From Bdellovibrionales bacterium (lineage in GTDB: Bacteria > Bdellovibrionota > Bdellovibrionia > Bdellovibrionales > UBA840), in the NCBI GenBank assembly GCA_045110695.1, contig JBGCGH010000034.1:6233-70232 (forward strand): a stretch of DNA of 64,000 bases, read 5' to 3'. Below the pieces are notes generated by a model. That model ran no database searches. It worked only from the letters and a program-made list of their open reading frames with translations, and was not told the DNA's origin. A program made the position numbers and the translations under genes. This document shows positions 54,881-63,097 of this stretch, piece after piece (the stretch's first letter is position 1; every line of letters starts with the position of its first letter).

Positions 54881-55714
54881 TTATCCTAATAATCTTAATG
54901 CACCTTGAGGAGCAGCGTTTGCCTGAGCCAATACGGACTGAGAAGCTGCTAACAAGATGTTATTTGAGGTCAATTGAGCCGTAGCTGCCGCAATATCTGT
55001 ATCTCTAATTCGAGAGTTTGCCGCTGAAACGTTTTCCATTGCAGTACCTAAGTTACTTTGAGTAGATATAAGTCGGTTTTGAATCGCACCTAATGTTGCT
55101 CTATGTCCGTTTACGGTATACTGAGCATCATCAATGATTTCTAGCGCTTCTCTAGCTCCATCTTTTGATGAATAATCTAATCCATCCATACTCAAGTCAG
55201 CTAGTCTCACGGATTGAGCGCCTGCATCGAAACTAATTCTATCCTGAAACTCATCATTGTTAATATCAATTTGGAAACTAAACTCACCAGCCTCGCCATC
55301 GAGAAGATTAGTTGTTCCAAATTTAGTTGTTTGTGAAATACGATCAACCTCTAATTTTAACTGTTGAACCTCTTTGTCTAGGAAGGTTCTTTCTCTATCA
55401 CCTACTGTGTCAGATGCCGCTTGAACACCTAGCTCTCTTAATCGTACTAATATATTTGATACTTCGTTTAAGCCACCCTCAGCAACCTGAACCATACTTT
55501 GTCCATCCATTGCGTTACGTTGTGCAACTCCATATCCTTTTACCTGAGCTTTTAAACTTTCACTCAATGCTAAACCGGCTGCATCATCAGCGGCTTTTGT
55601 GATTCTGTCACCTGAAGATAACTGAGCAAAACTCTTGTCGATCTTTCTTTGTGATTTACCTAGTGCATTCTGAGCGTTAATACTTGCTACATTTGTTGAA
55701 ATTCTCATTCCCAT
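54881..55714 (-). CDS. fliC: flagellin (277 aa)
   Basis: MGMRISTNVASINAQNAL...AADDAAGLALSE...C-terminal TAQLTSNNILLAASQSVLAQANAAPQGALRLLG. Confidence 0.95.
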   Translation of the reverse strand: MGMRISTNVASINAQNALGKSQRKIDKSFAQLSSGDRITKAADDAAGLALSESLKAQVKGYGVAQRNAMDGQSMVQVAEGGLNEVSNILVRLRELGVQAASDTVGDRERTFLDKEVQQLKLEVDRISQTTKFGTTNLLDGEAGEFSFQIDINNDEFQDRISFDAGAQSVRLADLSMDGLDYSSKDGAREALEIIDDAQYTVNGHRATLGAIQNRLISTQSNLGTAMENVSAANSRIRDTDIAAATAQLTSNNILLAASQSVLAQANAAPQGALRLLG

Positions 55715-56261
55715 TTTTAGTCCCCTTTTTCTTTGTTACCTGCTAGCAATCCTTAGCTTTCTAAGCCCGACGGTCCCACTCGACGCAACCTAGATAACCA
55801 GCGATGGTAATCAGTTGTTAAACTTTTTTCTAAACACGTTGGCGCTCTCAATTACATGCATCTCTTTTTTTAAAATCCCGGCAGTCACACCAGATTTTTT
55901 AATTTGCATTTCATTTTAAACACAACAAACCTTTCGGCTAGGGCTGGGGATACCTAAGTCGAGTCGAGCGTTTCTAGACCAAAGCCCCGCTCTTGCTAGA
56001 CTATGATCTAGCTTAAACTACTAAAGTCCTGAACAATTCAAGGCCAAGGTCTAGCTAGTATAAAAGTCCTGCCCGACCTTATTCTGGCGACCTTGATCTG
56101 TATTAATAGTAAGTCCAAGTGATTGTTTCTTTTTAACGAGCTTTTCCCAGTCACTCACCCATTAATTCTTTGGCTTAGTACTAAAGGGTATTATTTTAGT
56201 TGAATAATAAAATCCATTTCAAAGATTCTTGTTTTTAATTACTATATATATAGAGGTACTT

Positions 56262-56960
56262 TTGAAAAATAATCGCGGCGAAAATATATTTACCAGAATC
56301 AATACCAAAAAGCTGCGAACCCGAGCCTTTAATCTAGCCGTAGAAAGTAAAGTTTGGGCCATGCTAAAAATTGGTGGTGAGCTCAGAAAGTGCAAGTGCC
56401 TAGACCGCACTGGAGCTGAGATCTATGTCAGACCCACCCAAAATCTTACTGTGAAAAATGGAACCAAATGCGTTCTAATGTTTAATGTGGGCGTTGAGAA
56501 GTACTTTTTAAACTCAGAGATAAGATCCTGTGCGGATGGCGACTTTGCCCTATCCTTGGATGTTCCCCTTTTTAAACTACAAAGACGTTCTAATTTTAGA
56601 GTAGAGCCACCTGATAGCTGGAATTGTTCGGTCACTCTATTAAAGCGCAACAATGAGAGCCTAGATGAGACCTTCAGAGTAAATGACATAAGCGCTGGTG
56701 GATTAAGTTTTATGACAGATATGAATCATCCCCTTAAAGCGATTCAAAACGACCAAGTGGAAGGCTTCTTTAATTTTGAAGGCAAGCTAAAGGCACATTT
56801 TGAAGGAAAAATTAAGAACAGTCTAAGTATGGGCTCCAGGGGAAGTGGAGTATTTAGAATTGGTATTGAATTTGATAGTCTAGACGATAAAATAATTATC
56901 CAGCTCACAGAAATCCTAATGGAGATTCAAAGAATTCTCCTCGCTGAGTCCAGCAGCTAA
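56262..56960 (+). CDS. PilZ-domain (c-di-GMP-binding) protein, YcgR-like architecture
   Basis: PilZ motifs QRRSNFRVE (RxxxR) and NDISAGGLSF (D/NxSxxG), with about 100 aa N-terminal to them. Start uncertain (TTG 56262 after AGAGG; ATG 56361; track start 56229). Confidence 0.75.
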   Translation: MKNNRGENIFTRINTKKLRTRAFNLAVESKVWAMLKIGGELRKCKCLDRTGAEIYVRPTQNLTVKNGTKCVLMFNVGVEKYFLNSEIRSCADGDFALSLDVPLFKLQRRSNFRVEPPDSWNCSVTLLKRNNESLDETFRVNDISAGGLSFMTDMNHPLKAIQNDQVEGFFNFEGKLKAHFEGKIKNSLSMGSRGSGVFRIGIEFDSLDDKIIIQLTEILMEIQRILLAESSS

Positions 56961-57204
56961 CAACTAAAGCTTAATTCACCTTCAAAAAACTAAAATTATT
57001 TTACATTAGCCCACCTTATGCCTTCAAAAACCAATTTTTTTGGAAGTCCAATTTCTTGTATAATTTCAATAGGATATACCTTGAAAGCTTTTCAAGCCCT
57101 TCCAATAAAGTCGCTCATTCCATCTTTTTCTTATAGTATTTGGCTTCAGGTAGATATGGAATAATGTAGCAATAATAAATCCTAAAACAAATAATGAGGA
57201 AAAT

Positions 57205-57564
57205 ATGAATTTGTTAAAAACACTATTAATCGTCACTTTTGCCAGCCAAGGCTTATTTGCTTCCGCACAAAACAGAATTGTATATAAGAGTGTAGATGGT
57301 ATCGAATACCGCGCACTACTAGACCAAGATAGAGTTGAAACTGAGGATGGTGAGAACTGTGCTCCTTGCGTAGTAAGTGAAGCCCCGGTTTTTATAGCTT
57401 CTGAGTATTCGAATCATACAGAGTCCCCTTATACCATAAAAAATGCTATCGCCGTTGTAGCCTACATGGGTAACTTATTATTTTTAAACGACAGTACTGA
57501 TTCCGTCTTGGTGAATCTCGATTCTGGAGACAGATCCATGGTATATAAATCGGTAATGGATTAA
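57205..57564 (+). CDS. hypothetical small secreted protein
   Basis: Signal peptide MNLLKTLLIVTFASQGLFASA. Confidence 0.45.
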   Translation: MNLLKTLLIVTFASQGLFASAQNRIVYKSVDGIEYRALLDQDRVETEDGENCAPCVVSEAPVFIASEYSNHTESPYTIKNAIAVVAYMGNLLFLNDSTDSVLVNLDSGDRSMVYKSVMD

Positions 57565-57597
57565 AAACTAAAATCGCTTTTTTAATACCAGTAGACA

Positions 57598-57622
57598 ATG
57601 GAGCCAATGGGCTCCATTTTTT
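57598..57622 (+). terminator. rho-independent terminator
   Basis: ATGGAGCC-AATG-GGCTCCAT followed by T6. Confidence 0.8.
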
Positions 57623-57816
57623 GTATCTACATAATTTAATCCACTAATAATAATTTGAGAGATAAGGTATTGCTAAATGGCATCTAAAGTATGTAGCTGT
57701 AGCTATCGAGCCTAGAAATTACTGGATCTAAACTAAAACTAGAGAGTAATTATTCCCAATTTTATGAGTTATTTTAAGTACTTCCATAGCTTTTAAATGT
57801 TTTAGTAGTTCAAATC

Positions 57817-57843
57817 TAAAGTTTTAACGCATACCGTCGATAA
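57817..57843 (+). promoter_or_regulatory. sigma-28 (FliA) promoter of flagellin gene 2
   Basis: TAAAGTTT-TAACGCATACC-GTCGATAA: 8/8 at -35, exact 11-nt spacer, 7/8 at -10. Confidence 0.8.
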
Positions 57844-57987
57844 GATGGAAGACTGTGAGAGACTTAGCCCGGCTGACTACCGGGCTTAGCATCGAGGGTA
57901 CTATTTATTTAGTCCCTCAAGCATGAGCGGGACAACCTCCCTAATTTCTATCTGGTGGGACAGATGGAAGATTTTGGGGGGACCATT

Positions 57988-58821
57988 ATGAGTTTAAGAA
58001 TTTCATCCAATGTGGCATCCATTGCCGCAAGGAACAGCCTAGAGCGCTCTCAAGCGCAAAAAAACAAATCTTTAAAGGCATTAGCCTCTGGTAACAGAAT
58101 CGTCCAAGCCGGCGATGACGCAGCCGGAGCGGCCATTTCTGAAGTACTTCGTGGGCAAGTAAAAGGGCTTCAGCAGGTTAAGAGAAATACCAACAGCGCC
58201 ATCGCTCTCGTGCAGGTTGCTGAGGGGGGGCTTAACGAACAAAATAATATACTTATAAGAATGCGAGAGTTGGCAGTTCAGGCTGCCTCCGACACTGTTT
58301 CAGATACAGAGAGAGGCTTTCTCCAAAGAGAATTTTCAGAGTTAACGGCGGAAGTAGATAGAATCGCGCTTTCTACAAGGTATGGCTCAAAGCAACTCAT
58401 TTCAGGAACAGGAGAGGAATTTGAGTTTCAAGTAGGTCCCAACTCTGGAGAAGAAAACATCATTAGATACTCACTAGATGCTGACGCCACAGCTAGCGCT
58501 TTAGGAATTTCAGGAACCTCTGTTGACGATAAAGATGATGCACTAGACTCTTTGGAGGATATTGATGAAGGCCTTATAAAAATGGCAGAGATGAGATCGA
58601 GTTTTGGGGCGATGCAGTCTCGGCTAGGCTCAACCTCAAACCATTTAGACAATCAAATTGAAAACGTATCCGCTGCAAAAAGCATAATATCAGATACAGA
58701 TATTGCAGAAGAAACAGCAAAATTTGTGAAGGCAGATATACTGTCTAATATTGGGACATCTGTTTTGGCTCACGCCAATGAACTCCCAAGAAACGCTGAA
58801 AGACTCATAGCTATGATTTAA
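57988..58821 (+). CDS. fliC: flagellin (277 aa)
   Basis: MSLRISSNVASIAARNSL...GDDAAGAAISE...C-terminal FVKADILSNIGTSVLAHANELPRNAERLI. Start moved to the canonical MSLRI. Confidence 0.95.
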   Translation: MSLRISSNVASIAARNSLERSQAQKNKSLKALASGNRIVQAGDDAAGAAISEVLRGQVKGLQQVKRNTNSAIALVQVAEGGLNEQNNILIRMRELAVQAASDTVSDTERGFLQREFSELTAEVDRIALSTRYGSKQLISGTGEEFEFQVGPNSGEENIIRYSLDADATASALGISGTSVDDKDDALDSLEDIDEGLIKMAEMRSSFGAMQSRLGSTSNHLDNQIENVSAAKSIISDTDIAEETAKFVKADILSNIGTSVLAHANELPRNAERLIAMI

Positions 58822-58881
58822 TGGTTTCCGAGGAGATTCCCCAAAAGCGAATCGGAAAGCAAATAGTAAGTTGATTTACCT

Positions 58882-58920
58882 AAAGCCCTTCCCTCTTTCA
58901 AGAGATAGGGCTTTTTCTTT
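58882..58920 (+). terminator. rho-independent terminator of flagellin gene 2
   Basis: AAAGCCCT...AGGGCTTT stem with inner pairs, then T-rich tail. Confidence 0.65.
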
Positions 58921-59140
58921 TGCTCAACAAGTATGAGGGCTTTGGTCGCCTGTTCTCCACTAGATTTGATTTGACCAACCATCAGGCACTGAACAGTAAG
59001 TTGTCCGTGCAGAGGCTTTACAGCCCTAGTAGCCTGTAAATAGATTATACATATTTTAAGCTTATGAACAGCTAGCTCCAAGTAAGTCACCCTAGACTAG
59101 GCACGCACTGTGCAATTGTAAAGGGTGTACGGAGGGGATT

Positions 59141-59638
59141 ATGAAGAGGATTTTAAGTATTTTAGCCTTAACAGGATCAATGGTGTTTTTTCAGAACTGT
59201 GATCTAGTTGAGTTAGAGAAACTAGCAAATACATCATTTGAGCGAAATATCCAGTGTGAGAAGGACTTGCTCCAAACTGATCTGGCAGAAAACATCAATA
59301 GTAACCTTATTGTTTCACTATTATCAGATGTAAGTTATACGGAGTTTTTACTCATAACTGACACTCTGGGATTGGAGCACAGTATTACAGGCACTATGTT
59401 TGCCAATCAAATGAGTAAAAGTAACAATCATTTTGTATTGAACCCAAGGCAGAACGAGTCTATTCAAAGTCTATGTATACTAGAGGGACTGGACCAATAC
59501 GTTGCCTACGCAGAGATTGATGGGATTATTTACTCCTTACCAGCTCCAATTACACCTGACTGGCCCCAGCCTCTTGAGCCTATTGAGCCCGTAAGGCCAA
59601 TGCCTCACCCAGTTGAACCAATCGGAGCAAATAAATAA
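59141..59638 (+). CDS. hypothetical secreted protein or lipoprotein with Pro-rich C-terminal repeat
   Basis: Signal peptide with Cys (MVFFQNC). C-terminus PQPLEPIEPVRPMPHPVEPI. Confidence 0.5.
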   Translation: MKRILSILALTGSMVFFQNCDLVELEKLANTSFERNIQCEKDLLQTDLAENINSNLIVSLLSDVSYTEFLLITDTLGLEHSITGTMFANQMSKSNNHFVLNPRQNESIQSLCILEGLDQYVAYAEIDGIIYSLPAPITPDWPQPLEPIEPVRPMPHPVEPIGANK

Positions 59639-59643
59639 TTTCT

Positions 59644-59671
59644 AGGCCTCTAACAAGAGGCCTTTTTTTTT
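59644..59671 (+). terminator. rho-independent terminator
   Basis: AGGCCTCT-AACA-AGAGGCCT followed by T9. Confidence 0.85.
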
Positions 59672-59973
59672 GCTTAGTATATTCAAATTAGAGCAATCCT
59701 TCGATTCTGAAGTTTTTAACCCCTTTCTAAAAAAAAAGGTAAAATTGATCAGCTCCCATCTTAAACCAATTTATTTTTGTGAAAATCGCTTAAAACTTTG
59801 TAGTTAACCTACTCTCTTACTAAGAGTTATTTCGAGTTTTAAAACTCAACAAAGCCAAATGACTCGTCGCGCACACGCCTGAGCCAGACTAAAGTCGAAA
59901 AAAAATTTTTTAAAATTCCTTCATGATTTCACATACAAGATGCAGCGCGCAAAATAAACCTAGACGAAGGGCC

Positions 59974-60000
59974 TAAAGTTTCCTAGACCAATGTCGATGA
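59974..60000 (+). promoter_or_regulatory. sigma-28 (FliA) promoter of flagellin gene 3
   Basis: TAAAGTTT-CCTAGACCAAT-GTCGATGA: 8/8 at -35, 11-nt spacer, 6/8 at -10. Implies a leader of about 300 nt. Confidence 0.8.
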
Positions 60001-60311
60001 GCCTCTTGAACACGTTGGAGCTATCGATGCAAGTCTCTCACAGTCACAGGACTTCCATTGAGTTAACCAAGTTAGAAAGTGTCAGTCACCATTTTCTAGT
60101 GAGGAAAAGTTCCAAACTTTTTATTAACGGCGAATGCCGGTTCTAGTGGGAAACCACAAAGGGCAAAAAGAGTTCAGAGCATTGGAGAACGAGTCCCCGC
60201 TCTGCCAAAAATGTTTAGATAGAGTTTTCCCAAACTCTATCTTTACTGAACTCTTTTCATTTCCTTTGTTGTTTTAGAGAACCAAGCACTCGTAAACAAT
60301 GGAGGCTTTTA

Positions 60312-61139
60312 ATGGGCTTAAGAATTAACACGAACGTTGCATCAATCAGTGCGCAAAACAAACTAGCAAAGCAACAAAAACGAATGGAACATTCCCTAGC
60401 GGCTTTATCCAGTGGTAGTAGAATAGTTACTGCCTCTGACGATGCAGCTGGTTTGGCAATTTCTGAAAACCTACGTGGACAGATTGCTGGTGTGAATGTA
60501 GCAAAACGAAATGCGTCTAACGCCATTTCACTTATTCAAGTATCTGAAGGTGGTCTCAATGAGATCAACAATGTACTCATCCGATTAAGGGAGTTAGGAG
60601 TACAGGCAGCTTCAGATAACGTTTCCGAAGTAGAAAGACAGTTTCTAGATCAAGAAGCTCAACAGCTTATCTCGGAAGCCGATCGTATTGCCAAGACGAC
60701 AAAATTTGGTAACCAGGATTTATTAAATGGTGCCGGTGATGAACTTGAGTTTCATGTTGGTCCATTTTCTGGAGAAGAGAATATTATATCCTACAATGTA
60801 TCTGCTGATGCAACTGGTGATAATATTGGTTACGCAGGAATATCAGTCGGAGATAAAGGTTCTGCTAGGGACGCTCTAGAGCAAGTCGATGATTCTTTAA
60901 TTAAAATCGGTGAACTAAGAGCAGATTTTGGTGCGGTTCAATCAAGAATGAATATGACAGTTTCAAACTTGAACAACCAGTACGAAAACCTAAGTGCAGC
61001 CAACTCTAGATTAAGAGATACGGATGTAGCACATGAGACAGCTGAACTAGCCTCTGCGCAGATTTTGCAACAGGCAGCAGTTGGAGTTCTCGCACAAGCA
61101 AATGGTGTGAATAACTCAGCTCTAAGATTATTAGGTTAA
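60312..61139 (+). CDS. fliC: flagellin (275 aa)
   Basis: MGLRINTNVASISAQNKL...SDDAAGLAISE...C-terminal ELASAQILQQAAVGVLAQANGVNNSALRLLG. GGAGG 6 nt upstream. Confidence 0.95.
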   Translation: MGLRINTNVASISAQNKLAKQQKRMEHSLAALSSGSRIVTASDDAAGLAISENLRGQIAGVNVAKRNASNAISLIQVSEGGLNEINNVLIRLRELGVQAASDNVSEVERQFLDQEAQQLISEADRIAKTTKFGNQDLLNGAGDELEFHVGPFSGEENIISYNVSADATGDNIGYAGISVGDKGSARDALEQVDDSLIKIGELRADFGAVQSRMNMTVSNLNNQYENLSAANSRLRDTDVAHETAELASAQILQQAAVGVLAQANGVNNSALRLLG

Positions 61140-61271
61140 TAATTAGAAATTAATGGAGTGGTTTCGTAGCAACTAGCGGAACTCGGGCGAGCCCCTCATC
61201 TTTGAGAAGCCACTCTAAAAAATTGTGAAGGAGGTTGTCCCGCATATGACATCTCTCTTAAACTTAAGCCC

Positions 61272-61309
61272 CCCCTGAGGTTCCCACAGCTTCAGGGGTT
61301 TTTCTTTTT
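61272..61309 (+). terminator. rho-independent terminator of flagellin gene 3 (after a ~130-nt 3' UTR)
   Basis: CCCCTGAGG / CTTCAGGGG 9-bp stem (one G-U), 9-nt loop, then T5CT5. Confidence 0.75.
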
Positions 61310-61345
61310 AAGCACTTCATTACAAATTAAAAACTGTGGAATTAT

Positions 61346-61657
61346 CTAGGCTGTTCGGTAGAAGCGTCCTTTAAAAATAAAATCATCCTCAAACTTTTTT
61401 ATGGAAGAATAGGCACGTAGTACCCTTGCCCTTGATAGGCCTTTATTTTTTGCCTGAGTGAGCCTGTTTCTTCCCACCAGATCTATAATCTTACCCAATC
61501 TCTCATCCCGATCAGCGGATCGATTGTGATCTTCCGCCGCATCTGATTTGTCTAAAGTTTCCAAATGAAACCATGGCTTAAGAGGCTCGCTCTTTAGCTC
61601 GGGGGCATCATCTGCAACTTCGGCAATCGTTTGATTACCTATGGATTGAATCTTCAT
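61346..61657 (-). CDS. hypothetical protein (103 aa)
   Basis: ORF only. Charged, no TM. No family recognised. Confidence 0.4.
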   Translation of the reverse strand: MKIQSIGNQTIAEVADDAPELKSEPLKPWFHLETLDKSDAAEDHNRSADRDERLGKIIDLVGRNRLTQAKNKGLSRARVLRAYSSIKKFEDDFIFKGRFYRTA

Positions 61658-61946
61658 CCTTTTATTTTACTACAGCCACTGTCGCTATGCGTTAAATTTA
61701 GGTTTAACGCCCTAGTTTGAGACAGGAACACCTAAAAACCATAGCAATATTAAACACTTGAGAGCGACTATTTTTGTTAAGGGTCCTTAGTTTGCTAACA
61801 CCAGCTAAGTAATTGAAATAACTTAATATTTTCAGAATTTGAATGTTGAACAAAGATTACTTCACCTCCCCTCTTTATGCCCTAAAGCCACTTCTAATTG
61901 AGTATATAAAAAGCCAATAGTTTTAGATACTTAGCCAACTACCCCC

Positions 61947-61962
61947 TGGCACTTAGTTTGCT
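61947..61962 (+). promoter_or_regulatory. sigma-54 (RpoN) -24/-12 promoter
   Basis: TGGCAC-TTAGT-TTGCT, a perfect consensus match. The -12 element is about 47 nt upstream of the ATG at 62009. Confidence 0.65.
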
Positions 61963-62008
61963 CCTATAAGGTGTGTAGACCGGAGGTCTATTATTTTAGG
62001 AGAACGAG

Positions 62009-63097
62009 ATGAAAAAAATGGCCATTCTAACTATTTCAGCGATTTTAGGTATATTTTTACTGGTTGGAAATAATGAGGGAAACAGCCCGGGATTAAATAA
62101 AGGCAACAAATCAAAAGTCTCAGCCTTTGACCCGAGCTACAAAGCCTATCCTACCGGTGGGATTTTTTCAGCGTCCGACCTTTACGTCCCAAGAGACAAA
62201 AGCCAAGACCCTCGTTCCAACAAAGTTTCGGAAGTAGCTTCCGAAACTTCTACAGTTTCTAAAAAGAAAAAAACAAAACTTAAGAAAAATAAAGCACTAG
62301 CCAAAAAGAAAAAGAACCCTAAAAAGAAGAAGAAAAAGAAAAAAGTAGAAGACGATAAAACAGAAGACGAAGAAACTACAGCAGTGGCCGATAAAAAGGA
62401 AAAATCTGAGCAAAAAGACAATTTTACTTCAGCCCCTCCTGTTCTCTCTAAAGTAGCCAATCAAAATGATATTACCAACAGCAAAAGAGATTGGTATAGC
62501 TACCTTTCACAAAACTTAAGCGAAGACTCCATCAATGAGTTTTTAGCCGCTTTATCAAGTGGAGAAATAGAAGAGTCCGAATTCTATTTAGTGATTGATA
62601 AACTAATTGCGACAAATGAAGATCGAAAAATATTTACAGCTATCTTCTTATTGGAGAAACGCCCTGGAGCCTCCAGTATTTCACGTTTGCTAAATATTAC
62701 TAACGATACAGAGTTAAACTCCGAGCTACAAGTAGAAGCCCGATTCGCAATGGAAGACTACAAATCTTTTAGTCTACTTAAGTTTTTGGTAAGCGCTCTA
62801 GGACAAGGATCATCTGAAACACAAACCTATGCATCTGAGCTTATTAAAGATTTCACGATCAGCAATTTAAATATTCAGAGATCTAGAGGTGGCAATAGCA
62901 GTTCTAATTTAAATGAAAGTCAGCAGCAGTTTTTTAGTGATATTGGAATTAGCTTAGCAAAATACAGCTATAGAGGTAGAGGTGGAAATGGTGCAACTGA
63001 ATTACAATCCAATGTGATGGCAACGATCGGCGCAATCAATTCAGTAATCCCTGCATTAATTGATTCTAGAAACAATATCGCTAGAAATGGAAACTAA
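62009..63097 (+). CDS. hypothetical exported protein with poly-Lys low-complexity region
   Basis: N-terminal hydrophobic segment. SKKKKTKLKKNKALAKKKKNPKKKKKKKKVEDDK. Helical C-terminal domain. No family recognised. Confidence 0.55.
   Translation: MKKMAILTISAILGIFLLVGNNEGNSPGLNKGNKSKVSAFDPSYKAYPTGGIFSASDLYVPRDKSQDPRSNKVSEVASETSTVSKKKKTKLKKNKALAKKKKNPKKKKKKKKVEDDKTEDEETTAVADKKEKSEQKDNFTSAPPVLSKVANQNDITNSKRDWYSYLSQNLSEDSINEFLAALSSGEIEESEFYLVIDKLIATNEDRKIFTAIFLLEKRPGASSISRLLNITNDTELNSELQVEARFAMEDYKSFSLLKFLVSALGQGSSETQTYASELIKDFTISNLNIQRSRGGNSSSNLNESQQQFFSDIGISLAKYSYRGRGGNGATELQSNVMATIGAINSVIPALIDSRNNIARNGN

Noticed and set aside
57685-57711. Second sigma-28-like site upstream of flagellin 2 (TAAAGTAT-N11-TATCGAGC)
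   Set aside because: The -10 region matches only through the CGA core after a 1-nt shift. The strong site 130 nt downstream explains expression.
58818-59090. 90-aa minus-strand ORF after flagellin gene 2
   Set aside because: It spans the flagellin-2 terminator hairpin, has no SD and an implausible composition.
55970-60000. Recurrent CTAGAC(C) motifs in flagellin intergenic regions (about 55974, 55997, 56050, 59092, 59958, 59982)
   Set aside because: The shared core is only 6-7 nt with inconsistent flanks and orientations. I could not establish enrichment without counting genome-wide.
60257-60526. 89-aa minus-strand ORF overlapping the start of flagellin gene 3
   Set aside because: It is antisense to a canonical flagellin N-terminus and runs through its SD and leader.
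61679-61707. Sigma-28-like sequence upstream of the 103-aa minus-strand ORF, sharing TTTAACGCATA with the flagellin-2 promoter spacer
   Set aside because: The -10 region (AGCGACAG) is poor and the spacing is ambiguous. The shared 11-mer may be coincidental.
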